NCBI GenBank assembly: GCA_951406725.2 | Contig: OX597818.1 | Span: forward strand, 13,764,001-13,828,000 | Direction of reading: 5' to 3' | From: Octopus vulgaris | Taxonomy: Eukaryota | Length of the DNA stretch: 64,000 nucleotides | In this document: piece after piece, positions 40,185 to 53,447 of the stretch | Layout: each line of letters starts with the position of its first letter | Numbering within the stretch: the stretch's first letter is position 1 | Notes under the pieces: model-generated | Database searches by the model: none | Seen by the model: only the letters and a program-made list of their open reading frames with translations | Told to the model about the DNA's origin: nothing | Program-made: the position numbers and the translations under genes

Positions 40185-40599
40185 AGCAAAAATGTCATTT
40201 CTAAATTCTCTCAGAGATCAACGAAGTAGTTGTACTGAGAAGTGATATTCGTAGCCACTTTAACATGGCTGTCCGTTTGAGCGGTCTCTACTGCGATTTT
40301 TTAACTCCAAGAGGACATCTCCTCTAGCTGGTTAACGATGCAGAGTAGACTGTGTGTTCGCTTGAAATGTATATATATTGTGTGCAGATGCGAGCTGCTT
40401 TCATCTCTTGCAGAAGTAACACTAAGGTTAGAAGCCAAGGGTAATATATATCTTCTGCGAATGTGAGATAGGGCTAAGTGACTCTGGTATGAGAATTCCA
40501 TCTGACTTCATCACAGCATCGATAACAACCAAAAATAGATACGGTGCCAATGTTATCACCTCATTGTTATTTTTGCTCCCTCCCTTATAGAATCACAGG

Positions 40600-41250
40600 A
40601 CTACGTGGATATCATGTCATGCGAGAAGCAAATGCTGAAGGACAAGGAATAAACGAATCAATGACAGAGTGCATCACCATTAATATAGACACAAACGAAA
40701 CAAGAGGTGTCCTGGCAAAAGGAAAACAGCGATCCAGGGTTGATAAATTCACTTACTTTGGATTGGGTGTGACTGATTTCTCTCACAACTCAAACTGTGA
40801 CATCATAGGCAGAAGGAGAGCGGCAATGTCACAGCTTCAACACCTTTGGTCGTCTGACATCAACACAACAACGAAGAAAATGATGCAGAGAACTCTATGT
40901 CTTCCGATTATTAATTATGGATGCGAGACATGGGTAACAAATACGAATCGGCAAAGGGCCATGAAGAAAACTTCTCACGTACGAAACCTGAGAAGAATAT
41001 ATCAGATATCCGAAAACGAACACGTTTCTAATGATACATTGTAGCAAATACCTGACGGAAAACAAATGAGCACAAAGATAGAGAAACGCCTGCTGAGATG
41101 GACTGGTCATCAATTACAACACCCACCCTTTGAACGCTATCAAAATATAAGCTGCTTAACACCCTACAAACGCGAGAGGAAACAGAACCAATTACCACTG
41201 TGCAATTTGTGCAGACTGTTCGATGTCACTTAATGAAATACTTCTCTTTG
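40600..41250 (+). pseudogene. Decayed LINE (RTE-like) RT C-terminal remnant
   Basis: VDKFTYFG...IIGRRRAAMSQLQHLWSS...LPIINYGCETW...LRRIYQIS...RLLRWTGH. Confidence 0.7.
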
Positions 41251-41983
41251 TTGTAGGTGGAAACGACTGTAAAGTCTTAATATACTATGTCCGCCAATAA
41301 TATGTCCCACTGATTATATCCATTTTGTTCCCTGTGGCACCTTGGACAAATGTTTTCTACTATAGCCTCGAGTCTACCAAAGCCTTTTGAGTGGATTTAG
41401 TGAACGGAAATTGAAAGACTCCCGTCGTGTATACACACACACGCACACACATAGAATATAATAAGTACTATGCTTACAAAGAATAAGTCCTGGGGTTGAT
41501 TTGTTCGGTGCTGCTCCAGCATCGCTGCAGTCAGTTGACTAAAACAGATAAGAGAATACATATTTATTGATATACATACATACACACACACATACACACA
41601 CATATATATAATTAAAAGCAATTGCTTATTTAAGAATACATGTATGCGTAAAAGCGTAAAAGGAGTTGCCACGCACCTCTATACTTTTAAGAACAAACAC
41701 AAATCTAATTCTACAGGACTGAGTATATTTATTTGAGATTTAAAGGAAATGAATACTATCGTAAATTGGAAATACTTGCTTCCGCACCTTTCTATCAAAT
41801 TAATATGAAAAAATATTTTGATGCTTAAATGAAAAGTTTTTTTAATTTTTTCTGCTAGAGACACTATTCTTAACCTCAAGAATGAACGCAGTCTCTTTTG
41901 TATTCATTAAAATAAATTTCTAATTACTAAATATGGATAAAATATTATATTGCTATTTTTATTTTTAATATTACTAACATATA

Positions 41984-42383
41984 GGCGCAGGAGTGACTGT
42001 GTGGTAAGTAGCTTGTTTACCAGCCATATGTTTCCGGGTTCAATCCCACTGCGTGGCACCTTGGGCAAGTGTCTTCTACTATAGCCTCGGGTCGACAAAA
42101 GCCCTGTGAGTTGATTTGGTAGACGGAAACTGAAAGAAGCCCGTCGTATATATGTATATATATGAGTGTGTGTGTGTGTGTCTGTGTTTGTCCCCCTAGC
42201 ATGGCTTGACAACGGATGCTGGTGTGTTTATGTCCCCGTTACTTTGCGGTTCGGCAAAAGAGACCGATAGAATAAGTACTGAGCTTACAAAAGAATAAGT
42301 CCCGGGATCGAGTTACTCGATTAAAGGTGGTGCTCCAGCATGGCCGCAGTCAAATGACTGAAACACGTAAAAGAGTAAAAGAA
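41984..42383 (+). mobile_element. SINE family A (a partial copy also lies at ~41333-41556)
   Basis: GGCGCAGGAGTG head, GGGTTCAATCCC B box, core and tail. Confidence 0.85.
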
Positions 42384-42692
42384 TATATGTTTAAATTATA
42401 TAGTAACTTGTTCAGCTGTTTCCTCTATTTCTTTATGGTAAACCCTTCTTAATGGTTCCCATCTATATTCATTTATTATCATCTATATATATTTATATAT
42501 ATTTATATGTACGATAGATAGCATCATATAGACTGCTTTTATATTTTAAATTGGAGAGAAAAGCAATTTTCTCGCCTATTTGCATGGCCATATTTTAATT
42601 TTAATACTAGGATATAGTACTTCTGAGTAATTTAAGTTATTCTTTTTCTTATTCCTTATGCTTACGTGAATTTAAAAAATGTATACCTTTGT

Positions 42693-42780
42693 CTACCTCT
42701 GAAGAGATTCGACTTTCAAATATTTTAAATTTAATTGGCTAATTTTCTAAGAGCCCAAATTGAAATAGCTGTAAGAGATG
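42693..42780 (+). ncRNA. Decayed hammerhead ribozyme motif (solo PLE pLTR remnant)
   Basis: CTGAAGA (42699-42705)...GAAA-T-AGCT-GTA (42762-42773) with a palindromic tetraloop; stems I and II are imperfect. Confidence 0.5.
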
Positions 42781-42993
42781 CTTGTCAATTTTTTAGTTAA
42801 TAGATACTAATTTGTTAATTACTTTTTATTCTCTAATCTTATTATTATCATAGATAAGATATATATGAACCACGGTTTATATAGTTACCTTGCAGTGGAG
42901 TATTAAATATAATGTTCAGTTATCTTTGTATAGGTAAATAACCATAGAATTTTGCTATCCCTGAATAAGGTTTGTAACCTTTAATTGTCCTTC

Positions 42994-43157
<164 letters not shown>

Positions 43158-43171
43158 GTGTGTGTGTGTGT

Positions 43172-43485
43172 GGAGGCACAATGGCCCAGTGGTTAGGGCA
43201 GCGGACTCGCGGTAGCAGGATCGTGGTTTCGAAACCCAGACAGGGTGTTGTGAGTGTTTATTGAGCGAAAACACCTAAAGCACTACGCAGCTCCGGCAGG
43301 GTTTGGTGGCGATCCCTGCTTTCCTATTTCGCCACAACTTTCTCTCTCTCTTTCTTTCTTCTGTTTGCCTGCTCGCTTAGCCAGCGAGGTGGCGTTATTT
43401 GGAGGCTAAAACAATGCGAAGCGCATTGTGACCAGCGATGTGTATCAACATCTGTTAGCCTGGTCGGTCACGGTGATCAGGGTGA
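43172..43485 (+). mobile_element. SINE family B
   Basis: Matches the 26160 copy; lies next to (GT)n. Confidence 0.85.
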
Positions 43486-43937
43486 TATATATACATACAT
43501 GTAGATACTTGCGTATGCACATACATATTTAAATATACAAATATACACTTTTCCTTAGATGCCATTCTCTTTTCACCATTTTATAAAAACAAAAACGCTC
43601 TGTAGATATTTTGTACATATTCTTGCTCAATGGCATTAAATTCTCCTTTTGTATACAATGGTAGCTTATAATTTATTTCTATTTTAGATAACACTGTAAT
43701 TTTATTGTTTTTATATTTTTTCAGTATACAAAACATACACTAAGGCTTTTGCCTTTTTCTCGTGTATTTTAGTATTATGTTCTTGTGTGGATTGTGTGGC
43801 TTACCAACGTGTCACTAAACAAATAGCAGGGCGGTAATGTACAAGCACTCTGAATACCTTTACAGGCTTTAACAAGCTTTGTGTTTCTTTATATTGCTCT
43901 TACATTAGTATAAATTTGGTAAGATATATATATATAT

Positions 43938-44000
<63 letters not shown>

Positions 44001-47000
44001 AAATGTTATCGATTATTTGTTTAATCATCCGTTAAAAAACTGCTATAACCATTAGATTTACTGAACATAATAACATGATAGGTGTGCACATGCAAATGTT
44101 ATGTAATTCAATGGATATTGATCATATCATACGCCTCTTCTATTCTCAAAGTAAACAGGTTTTGTTATATATTCTTATCTACGAGAAATCCTTCTCATTG
44201 ATTTTGAATTCTATTAAGAAGTATTTTTCTTTCAAATTTTCAACCCCAGTATAAAAATTATTAAATATTGATTTTAATACCAATAAAAAATTTTGCGTTC
44301 GTATTCGTGGAGGACTAATATTAAATTACGATTGACAAGGCGATATTAATTCAATACGGTGTGCATTTATCATGTTATAATCCCTATTTGTGACATCAGA
44401 TACAATAATTGGGACAAAGATACAGTAAAAATATGACGAAATATTCAACACAAATCAGTTTATTTAAATGTAAGAAATGGTTGCTGTGACCGATTCTTTT
44501 CAACAATTAAGTCCGAATATTTAAAATACAACGTGCACATTTTACAAGACGTCAATGCCTCAGAGAACAAAATCTAAAATATAATTAGTATATATTCTAG
44601 GTGAGAGATCATGGAGCAGTGATTCGTTTTCTATATTTTTTGGAATAAATGCTTCATATCACATTCTTATCGCACATGAAATAAAAGTTCATTGTGCATT
44701 CGCAAAATAATTTTTCCATATCATTGACACTCCCAATCACCTCATTCACTAAGAGATATTCAGGAAATTGCATAAAATTTTTGAATGCAGTGTCAAATTC
44801 CGGTCTGTCATAAAACCACGATTGCTGGATCACACGTCGGTGCCTCTAATGATTGCGAACCAGCATTGTACGTTTCAAAACATTAAAATATGTTGGAAGT
44901 GCTGTTCTTGAGAAATGGTAAGACCCAGAACTGGATCACTGCATATAGTTAACTACACATTCTTACAAGAGACAATATAGCATAAAACTAACTATGAAAT
45001 GTTGAGTTCACTGAGCAGCATTACTACTCAATCTGTTGCAAGCTGCAGAGGCCTACACATATTTTCGGAACATCTAATAGTTAAATCTCCTCACTATATT
45101 AAATACATTATCCTCTTCTCGTACTACTGGTCATATTCGTTTACCAGTGACTCTATTCATCAACAGCATTGAGACTGATATGATGCTTCTTGTCGTTGGA
45201 CAAAGCAAGATTTCTCTATACTTAACTTAAACTTGCGACATGAAGCGACACTAAGAAAAGTATTCAGTTTCATTGTCTCTGGAGCCAAATTATGTTATAG
45301 TGTTGTTGTTGTTGTTGTTTAATCACACGATCAGTCTATAGTAAGTAAAGCTATACAACTGGCCGACTGTACATCCAAATCATTTCTTTCATACTTAAAC
45401 AAAATTAAATATTGTATCTTTTATTTTATAAGACAATAAGAAGTAATCTGATTTATAGTTGTCTTTTATGCCTAATAATTATACGACGGAGCAGAATTCT
45501 TGTTAGCCATATGCCAGTTACATCTTATTGCAAAAGTCACGATATATATTTCGTATTTCAGTTGCACGCCCCCCCCCTCGTCGGTTTCAAAGTTTCGTTT
45601 TGAATTTAAATATAGCATTTGTTTAACATTATAATATAGTTATATTTTCTTAAATACTATTTCATTATTAAAAATATTTAAATAGAAGCCTCGAAGAAAT
45701 AAGGTTTAGTGAATGTAAAAAAAGTTCCCAGGAAAAGATATGAGTGTAGCTTGTTCTCAGTTATTAAATCTCAATAGCATACTTTATTTTCACAAAGCAT
45801 TTGATGTTTCCTTTCCTATCGAACTAACAATACGAACTTTCTTATTCTTATAGCCACTAGTAATTAGTTAGATTGGTAATGTGCCTAGTCAAGCAAAAAT
45901 TATTTTAAACTTTAAGACCAGATTAAATACTACATTCGCCCAGTAAGATTGTGATCAAACAGCTTCCAATATCTATGGAATATAACAACCTGAATTTATA
46001 TTCATTTATTCTCTTCGTTTGCCCATTTTATATATTTTTTCTTTCTTTTTAAAATGAATTTCGTTGTTACATGAAAAAATGTACCAAAAGATTGAACCGT
46101 GGAACATAACTTATTCCTTATATTGCAGACGCATATTAAAGGCACAATCCGATAGATTTAAATCTAAAAAGATTTAATGTATTAAAACATTGGTATCCAG
46201 TTTATTTCAGTTATATAGAGCAGATGTAATAATGTTTATCAGTAAATCTTTGAAAGTAAACTTTCTCGTGTTGAAATGCTCTAATGAATTGGATAGAACA
46301 ACATTTTACATGTACACAGCAATGTCATTAGATAGCAACGGAAAGACGTGGGATATATATTGAGATCTGTTATCAGTTTAGATATCTAATAACTTGTTTG
46401 AAAACTGAAAACTTCTGCGAGAATATATAGCTTAAGATACTATATAATCATCATTATTGTTTCCTCGAATGGCGAACAACGAAAGATTCATGAATATCAT
46501 ACTTTTTCATTGCCTAGCAACTACTAATCAATTATTACGTATGTCTTCATGTTATGCTTCTCGGTGTAATATCTCAGATTAGAATTTTTTTATTATTTAC
46601 CTTTCAAATTTTTAGGAAATATTTCTTCTCTATATGCATCCAACATTGTGACTATTACTTGCAGGATCTACACTAAAATCCATACCTCTGTTTATTAACT
46701 AAGCGCCAATGAAGTAATATAACGTAAATTCGTATTTGATTACAATCCATCATATAATGACTATAGTTCTCACTGAAAATGTCTATATTTTCTTCTCTAC
46801 AAAGGCAACATTTTTGTCAAGTGTTACATGCTAGAATTGTTTAAACTGTAGAATCGCTGTTTTATCCCATCAGTTATAATCCTTGTATATCAGGAGCATA
46901 TATGTCGTCAAATGTATGTATATCAGTCACCTTCATAAATGTAGACCAGTTGTAAAGCAATAGGGAGAAGTCTATAACAGAAATTTCTGTTCAAATATGT

Positions 47001-47185
47001 CATCACAGAAAGTTTTCCCTCGTTGATAATGTTTTACAGATGTCATTAAATATTGTTTACATATCATCACTTTATGCCGCCAGAAATTTAAATATATGTC
47101 ACATTATAACTAATGTTCATATTATTTAATACAAACATTAAGGAAAAATCAAACATGAAAATTAAAACAGGAATATATATGCATG

Positions 47186-47225
<40 letters not shown>

Positions 47226-48908
47226 TCAGTGAGAGTGATATACCCTTGAAGCTATACATGCGTTAATCATGAACTACTTCAAGTTTCATGCGCAGGTAAT
47301 GCATTATTTGGACGGGTTTCTATATTGTCCCGTCTATAATCAAGCAATAGTTTCCCAGCAAAGGTTTCAGCTCTAAAGCCAGAGCAATTGCCGAAAATTC
47401 TCCAATATTTTATGCATGTCTGTCCAATTTCTGCACAATCTAATCATAAAAGCGAAATAGCTCACTTATAACTACTGCTTTCCTTAGAAAATATATATGT
47501 GTACACACACGCGCGTCAAATACACACACAACACACACACATATACACAAATACACAAAAAAGCGTACACAAATGCATATATATAAGTGTGCTTGTGCTC
47601 CATGTTTGCATGTATAGCTACATTCACACATGCACACATGCATATGTATTTGTATGTATATAAAATATGTCATTCAACCACGGTAGTGTTTAAATACATT
47701 CTTAAGTCTACCATTTCGATCAATCGCAGCAGCTTCCAAGCTTCACCACTAATTCAGTTGTCAACTAAATAGCAAACTGTTAACAGTTTTAAAGAGGACA
47801 CCTTCTCAGTTACACTTTGGCATAAATAGGTTATGTAGAAAAAAGTTACGTCAAAATATGTGAGACCTCAAGGAGGGCAGTAAGGCAGGTATCCATCTTC
47901 AATTAACAAATATTTTAATTTTAAAATAAAAGTATACTTTCTTAGGCATAAATGATGGGAAAATGCATAAGGAATTCAGAATCGTTAGTCGCATTGAACA
48001 AAAATAAATAAGTAGAGAAAGAGTTATAAAGTAAAATGTGATGAAATGTTAAGTCAGTAAGTGAGGAAGTAAGTAAGGAAGTGACGCCCCAAACAATAAG
48101 AATATATTTCTAAAATGAATGCCTACACTCTAAGGCGGCAAGCTGGCAGAAACGTTATCGCTCCCGGTGAATTACCTATCTGAGTTCAAATCGTCTTTGC
48201 CTTTCATCCATTGCCCATCTATTCAATCAGATGTACAGATTATTTAATTAATTTTTTTAACCAATACCTTTCAAACTTCCGATACTGGTAGAATGTGTCA
48301 CATATAAGAGGATTTACTCTTAACGTTTTTGACAAAATTTTGTATTTTAGAATTTATTTCGTCCGAAGTTATAGAGTTGCAATGGACAAATTCGTGTTTG
48401 ATAAGTTCCAATACACAAACCTCTCAGCTTTTGACTTACTCTCTAACTTCTGCCGTTGACATATAAACATATCATATATTTGTGTAAAAAATTCTCATCA
48501 CGCAATCGAACCAATGAAAGAGCGTCTACCTGGTCGCTCGACAAGCTAAAAATAACAGCCACAGTATCCCCCTACCTAAATCACTCGCTCATTGTATGTA
48601 ATGTCCTAGATTACCCCTAAAAAGATGGTTTGCTGAAGGCTGGAATGTCTTTGATGGTAGATTCACTGTATCAGGATGGATTTGAGGTTAAATAATAACA
48701 ACATTAAGGTAAATTTCACTAAGAAAAACAAAAGATTTGATTTTTTGCGTGGAATCAAGTAACCTGACCTCCTAATATGCTGTGAATCCCTGGGGGTGGG
48801 GCGAGGAGAGATCCAGGAAACATTGGATATATTTTTTCGTTGAATGAATTCCTGTGACCTCCTAACATGCTACAAAACTCTTTTGGGGGTAGAAAAACGG
48901 GGTGAGGT

Positions 48909-51652
48909 TAGTTAGTTAGTTAGTTAGTTAATTTGGCTCAAAAGCAAATAGCAAGGCCATGTAGGGGGACATGGAGTTAAGTACAGGGTGGTGTTCATGT
49001 AAAGAGTTCAGGCCACTTGAGGTCCAGGGAGGCTTTGAACAAAGCGGTCGTCGGCATCTTCACCATCTCGTCTGGCAGCTTGTTCCACGGATCCGCAACC
49101 CGGACGGAGAAAGCTCCTCTCCTTCGATTGAGATGAAATCGTCGCAGGTAGAGCTTTTCGGAATGACCCCGCAGCCGACGCTCTGGAGCAGGAGTGAAGA
49201 ACAGCTCTTTCGAGAGGTTACACTTTCCGCTTATGATGTTGTGGGCGAGAATGAGATCACCACGGCGGCGGCGTTTTTCAAGAGAATAAAGGTCGAGCGT
49301 CCTCAGCCTTTCTTCGTAGGACAAATTTTTGAGACCATGAACCATGCGGGTAGCCAGCTTCTGGACTCTTTCGAGATGCTGTATGTCTTTGAGGAGATAA
49401 GGAGAAGAGGCTTGAATCCCATACTCCAGTATGGGTCTCACCAGCGTGACATAGAGTGGTAGGAATATGGCTGCTGTGAGCATTCCGAATGACCGTCGAA
49501 TCAAGAACAGAATTCCGCGTGCTTTGTTGGCAGCATGGACGCACTGGGCCGAAGGCGAAAAGGAGGAATCCACCAAGATACCCAGGTCCTTTACCTGATC
49601 GGTCCTCTCCAGCAGCAGACGACCCGGCTCGAAATCAAGTTGAGTTGCAGGAGTAGAGCCGACAGGCAGATGACAGCACTTTGACACGTTCAGACACAGG
49701 TCCCAATCGTTAGACCACTTCCAAATTTGGTGGAGGCATCGACGAAGATCCTCTATATTACCGCGAGGAGCGACCAGTTTGATATCGTCGGCAAATAGAA
49801 GGGTGTGTTGCGTGAGGACGTCGGGCAAGTCATTTATGAAGACTAAGAACAACAAGGGCCCAAGTACTGAACCTTGAGGCACGCCACTGCTCGCACTGGA
49901 GACGTCGGACCGCGAACCATTAACTTGGACTTGGAAGGAGCGATCTGAGAGGAAGGCACCAACCCATCGTATAATATCCGGATGGAAACTATATGCTTGA
50001 AGCTTGACAAGTAATAGGCGGTGGTTTACCGAGTCAAAAGCTTTGGCAAAGTCCAATAAAACGATGTCAACAGCATCACTATCATCGAGGATGCGCGTCA
50101 CCAATTCTTCCATTACTAGTAAGTTGGTCAAGCATGATCTCTTCGGCACGAAGCCGTGTTGGGAATCAGAGATAGAGGCTGTGTTTAGGAGGTGGAGCAT
50201 CATACTTTTCTTAAGGATGGTTTCGAACATCTTGCTGATTATTGATGTAAGGGAAACCGGTCGGTAGTTAAGCGGGTCTTCGCGGCTCCCTTTCTTGAAA
50301 ATTGGGCAGATTATCGCTGTTCTCCAGTCTGCAGGTATAACACCCGTTGCCAATGACATATTGAATAGTCGTGTTAAGGGCTCGCAGATGACCGGAGCCA
50401 ACGCTTTGATAACCCGTGGGTGTATGCCGTCAGGGCCGTGACCCTTGTTGACATCGAGGCCTTGAATAACATGTTTCACTTCGTCCCGCGTGATGACCAA
50501 TCGAAGCATTGTAGGTACCGATCTATCAAATGGAGGGGGTTCACGACCATCATCTTGTTTGAAAATAGTTGAAAAAGCCTCGGCAAATAAGTGACTCTGT
50601 TGATAAGTGTCCTCAATCGATACACCTGTTGAGTCTACCAACGTTGCAATCTGGTTGTTCAAGCGGAATTTCGCTGGACATGGGCAAAGAAGGTTTTTGG
50701 ATTTCTACTGGCATTTGCCGCGATTTTGTATTCATAACTGAAGCGTTCTTTCTTTTCAATTTTCACGGCTCGGTCTCGTTGAGTTTTGTACACCTCAAAA
50801 GCTGCAGTCGAATCCAGATTTTTGAATTCAGCCCAAGCAATATCTCTGAGTCGACGTTCTCGTTTAACCTTCTTCGTCACCCAGGGCTTGTGTTTCTTCT
50901 TCTTGGGAAGGCCAACGGCAACTGCCTGGTCAGTCAAACAGATTACATATGCTTTGAGGGATGACCATAGTTCGTCAACAGAGGACAACGTCATCAGGGA
51001 TCACCAGTCCAGAAGCGCGGAAGCCTCGGTTAGAATTTCAAGATTAATTGCAGAGAATACTCTACGTGGCAGCGAAGTAGTCGTGGGCGTAGAAAAAGTT
51101 GTGTGCATGACGAACTTCAGGACCGCATGATCACTCTTGGCAAGAGGGGCGCACACAGATACGTCTGACACTGATCATGGATAGCGGGAGAATACCAGAT
51201 CTAGCATAGATGGCTGCTGCCCAGACCGATGCCTTTGTCGGATATTCAACATGTTGCGATAGAAAACAATCTTCAGCCACGTCAAGAAGGGCCTGGCCGA
51301 AACGGGAAGATGTTGTACAAATTGATGCGGGCCAATCGATCGTGGGAGCGTTGAAGTCTCCTAGTACCAAACAGTCATGCGAAGCTGAAACGAATCTTAT
51401 CGCTTCGAGTAAATGAGCATCGTCCTGGGGGTCGGCAAGAGGGATGCCTGTAGACAGCCAACACGGGCAGGCAAAACTCAGATAGGCTCAGCTTGCAATA
51501 GACGGCATCGAATTTTGTTGTAGGTTGAGCATTAGTGGGTAGAATCCCGCCGGACGGTTTGTGCTCAGACTTAACATACACAGCAACACCTCCACCTCGC
51601 CTATTTCCTCTGTCACATCTGAAAAGGACGTAGCCCTGCAGGTGGATTTCCT
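48909..51652 (-). mobile_element. 5'-truncated CR1-clade LINE with 8-bp TSD
   Basis: APE motifs (RGGGVAVYV, GDFNAPTIDW) in frameshifted pieces, then the RT ORF; short 3' UTR ending in (TAAC)n; GGTGAGGT duplicated at 48901-48908 and 51653-51660. Confidence 0.93.
48995..50662 (-). CDS. CR1 ORF2 reverse transcriptase portion (555 aa open frame; upstream part frameshifted)
   Basis: GPDGIHP, NYRPVSLTS, QHGF, LDFAKAFDSV, GVPQGSVLGPLLF, LFADD, KDLGI, ERVQKLATRM, RRRGDLI. Confidence 0.9.
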   Translation of the reverse strand: MNNQIATLVDSTGVSIEDTYQQSHLFAEAFSTIFKQDDGREPPPFDRSVPTMLRLVITRDEVKHVIQGLDVNKGHGPDGIHPRVIKALAPVICEPLTRLFNMSLATGVIPADWRTAIICPIFKKGSREDPLNYRPVSLTSIISKMFETILKKSMMLHLLNTASISDSQHGFVPKRSCLTNLLVMEELVTRILDDSDAVDIVLLDFAKAFDSVNHRLLLVKLQAYSFHPDIIRWVGAFLSDRSFQVQVNGSRSDVSSASSGVPQGSVLGPLLFLVFINDLPDVLTQHTLLFADDIKLVAPRGNIEDLRRCLHQIWKWSNDWDLCLNVSKCCHLPVGSTPATQLDFEPGRLLLERTDQVKDLGILVDSSFSPSAQCVHAANKARGILFLIRRSFGMLTAAIFLPLYVTLVRPILEYGIQASSPYLLKDIQHLERVQKLATRMVHGLKNLSYEERLRTLDLYSLEKRRRRGDLILAHNIISGKCNLSKELFFTPAPERRLRGHSEKLYLRRFHLNRRRGAFSVRVADPWNKLPDEMVKMPTTALFKASLDLKWPELFT

Positions 51653-52299
51653 GGTGAGGTGGAAGCCTTTTTATCACCTTAGTGAAAATCGAACGAGTGA
51701 AAAGATCAACGGGGTTGGAGGTGGGGTGAAATTTTCCAGGCTTCCATCGCACCCCACCCCGTTTTTCGGATCCCAAAATAGATTTTGTAGCATATTAGAA
51801 AGTAACAGGATTTCCTTCAACGAGAAAAAAAAATTACCAACGATTCCGGGATTGGGGGTCCTCCCTGCCCCCACCATTTTTCCGAACCAGAATAAGGGAT
51901 TTACAGCATATCGGGAGCTCAGGGTACTTGATTCCACGCAAAAAATCTGATTGTTTATATTATTAGTGAAAATGTTGCGAGTGTTAATATAGAAATTTAC
52001 CATAATTTTGTTATTTTGCCTCAAATCAACCCTAATACAGCAAACCTATCATCAAAGACATTCCAGTCTGGTAAAAGTCCCTGCCATTAATTAGGTGTGG
52101 TTGGGTAATATCAAATAATTCATCCACCACATATATCTAAATTAAACGTGTAAAAAATTGAAATATTATCATGACTTATATGGAAAAAATCAAATATTAT
52201 CCTTCAGTATTTTATAATGTAAAATCTTTAAAGAATTATTAATTAACACATTATTTGTTATCTTATAATAGCAACGCCTGGAAAAATAATGTATTACAT

Positions 52300-52820
52300 G
52301 TAAAACTTCGATCATGGAAAGTAATATTCTTAAGATTATAAACCTGGAAAAGTGCAGGGCATGTTATTACACCTGTAAAGGTATAGGGCAAGCTATTCTA
52401 GTAAAGTAATGAATAAGACACATTTTACTAAAAATATTGCAGCTAAAATTAAAATTCGAATATTAAAAATTATTTTCTTATACTTTACAAATAACACTAT
52501 ACATATTTAGAATTTGGCTAAGTTACTACCTTAAATACAGAAAAAAACTGACTAATTAGACAAATTCACAAATTATCTGAACGGTTTTGTACAATAAATT
52601 TAAAAGATGAGAACTCTAAAAAGTGATAAATAAAAAGAACTGGAATTCGTAGCTGCAATACTTAAGTAAAATCTTTCTTATTCCTTACATTACTAGAAGT
52701 AATAGCTTGTCTTATACTTTTACAGGTATAATAACTTGTCTTATACTTTTACAGGTATAATAACTTGTCCTGTACTTTTCCAGGTTTATAATCTTAAGAG
52801 TATTACTTTTCATGCTCGCA
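52300..52820. mobile_element. Foldback MITE with ~150-180-bp inverted arms and 28-bp subrepeats
   Basis: CTTAAGATTATAAACCTGGAAAAGT (52330) is inverted at ~52773-52798; tandem CTTGTCTTATACTTTTACAGGTATAATAA units occur in the right arm. Confidence 0.75.
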
Positions 52821-53237
52821 TTTTTCTATATTATAGTCATCAATATGTCATATAACATTAATAAATCAGAATAGCAATATAACCGCAAAGTAATTTGAAC
52901 GTTGTTAAAATAGCTTGAGAGAGCATCTGTTGCAATTTAGATCGACAAAAGGATCTAAATAAAATTTTGTGAGCTTATTGTATGACTTGTCAAGACGGTC
53001 TTCTTTCTAAATATTACACATGACTATCACGCCACCTGACATACGGCTTTGTAATTAGGAAGATTGTAAAATGTGACAGCCTATTATGATAATTGTTGTC
53101 TCTGCATACACACGCATCTCTCCTCTATCTCTCCTTATCTTCTACTCTGTCTCTGTATGTATGCGTGTATATATGTATAAATATATATATGTATATATAT
53201 GTATCACTCTCTTCCTCCCTCTCTCTCTCTCTGTCTG

Positions 53238-53290
<53 letters not shown>

Positions 53291-53292
<2 letters not shown>

Positions 53293-53409
53293 AGGCGAAA
53301 TGGCCTAGTGGTTAGGGCAGCGGACTCGCGGTCGCAGGATCGTGGTTATGCGAACGCATTGTGACCAGCGATGTGTAACAACATCTGATGGTCTGGTCGG
53401 TCACGTGAT

Positions 53410-53416
<7 letters not shown>
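53291..53416 (+). mobile_element. Internally deleted SINE family B (head fused to tail)
   Basis: GGAGGCGAAATGGCCTAGTGG head joined directly to GCATTGTGACCAGCG...CTGGTCGGTCACGTGATCACGTG. Confidence 0.8.

Positions 53417-53447
<31 letters not shown>

Larger units (their letters stand above)
48638..52068. mobile_element. Old foldback/MITE-like element with long inverted arms, split by the CR1 insertion
   Basis: 48638-48908 plus 51661-51668 is a diverged reverse complement of ~51735-52068 (e.g. GATTTTTTGCGTGGAATCAAGTA at 48739 versus 51925-51947). Confidence 0.75.

Noticed and set aside
48971-49462. Plus-strand ORFs overlapping CR1 and the PLE ORF
   Set aside because: Antisense shadows of the real minus-strand coding frames, with no recognisable motifs.
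52707-52790. CRISPR-like 28-bp repeats
   Set aside because: Head-to-tail tandem units without spacers, in eukaryotic DNA.
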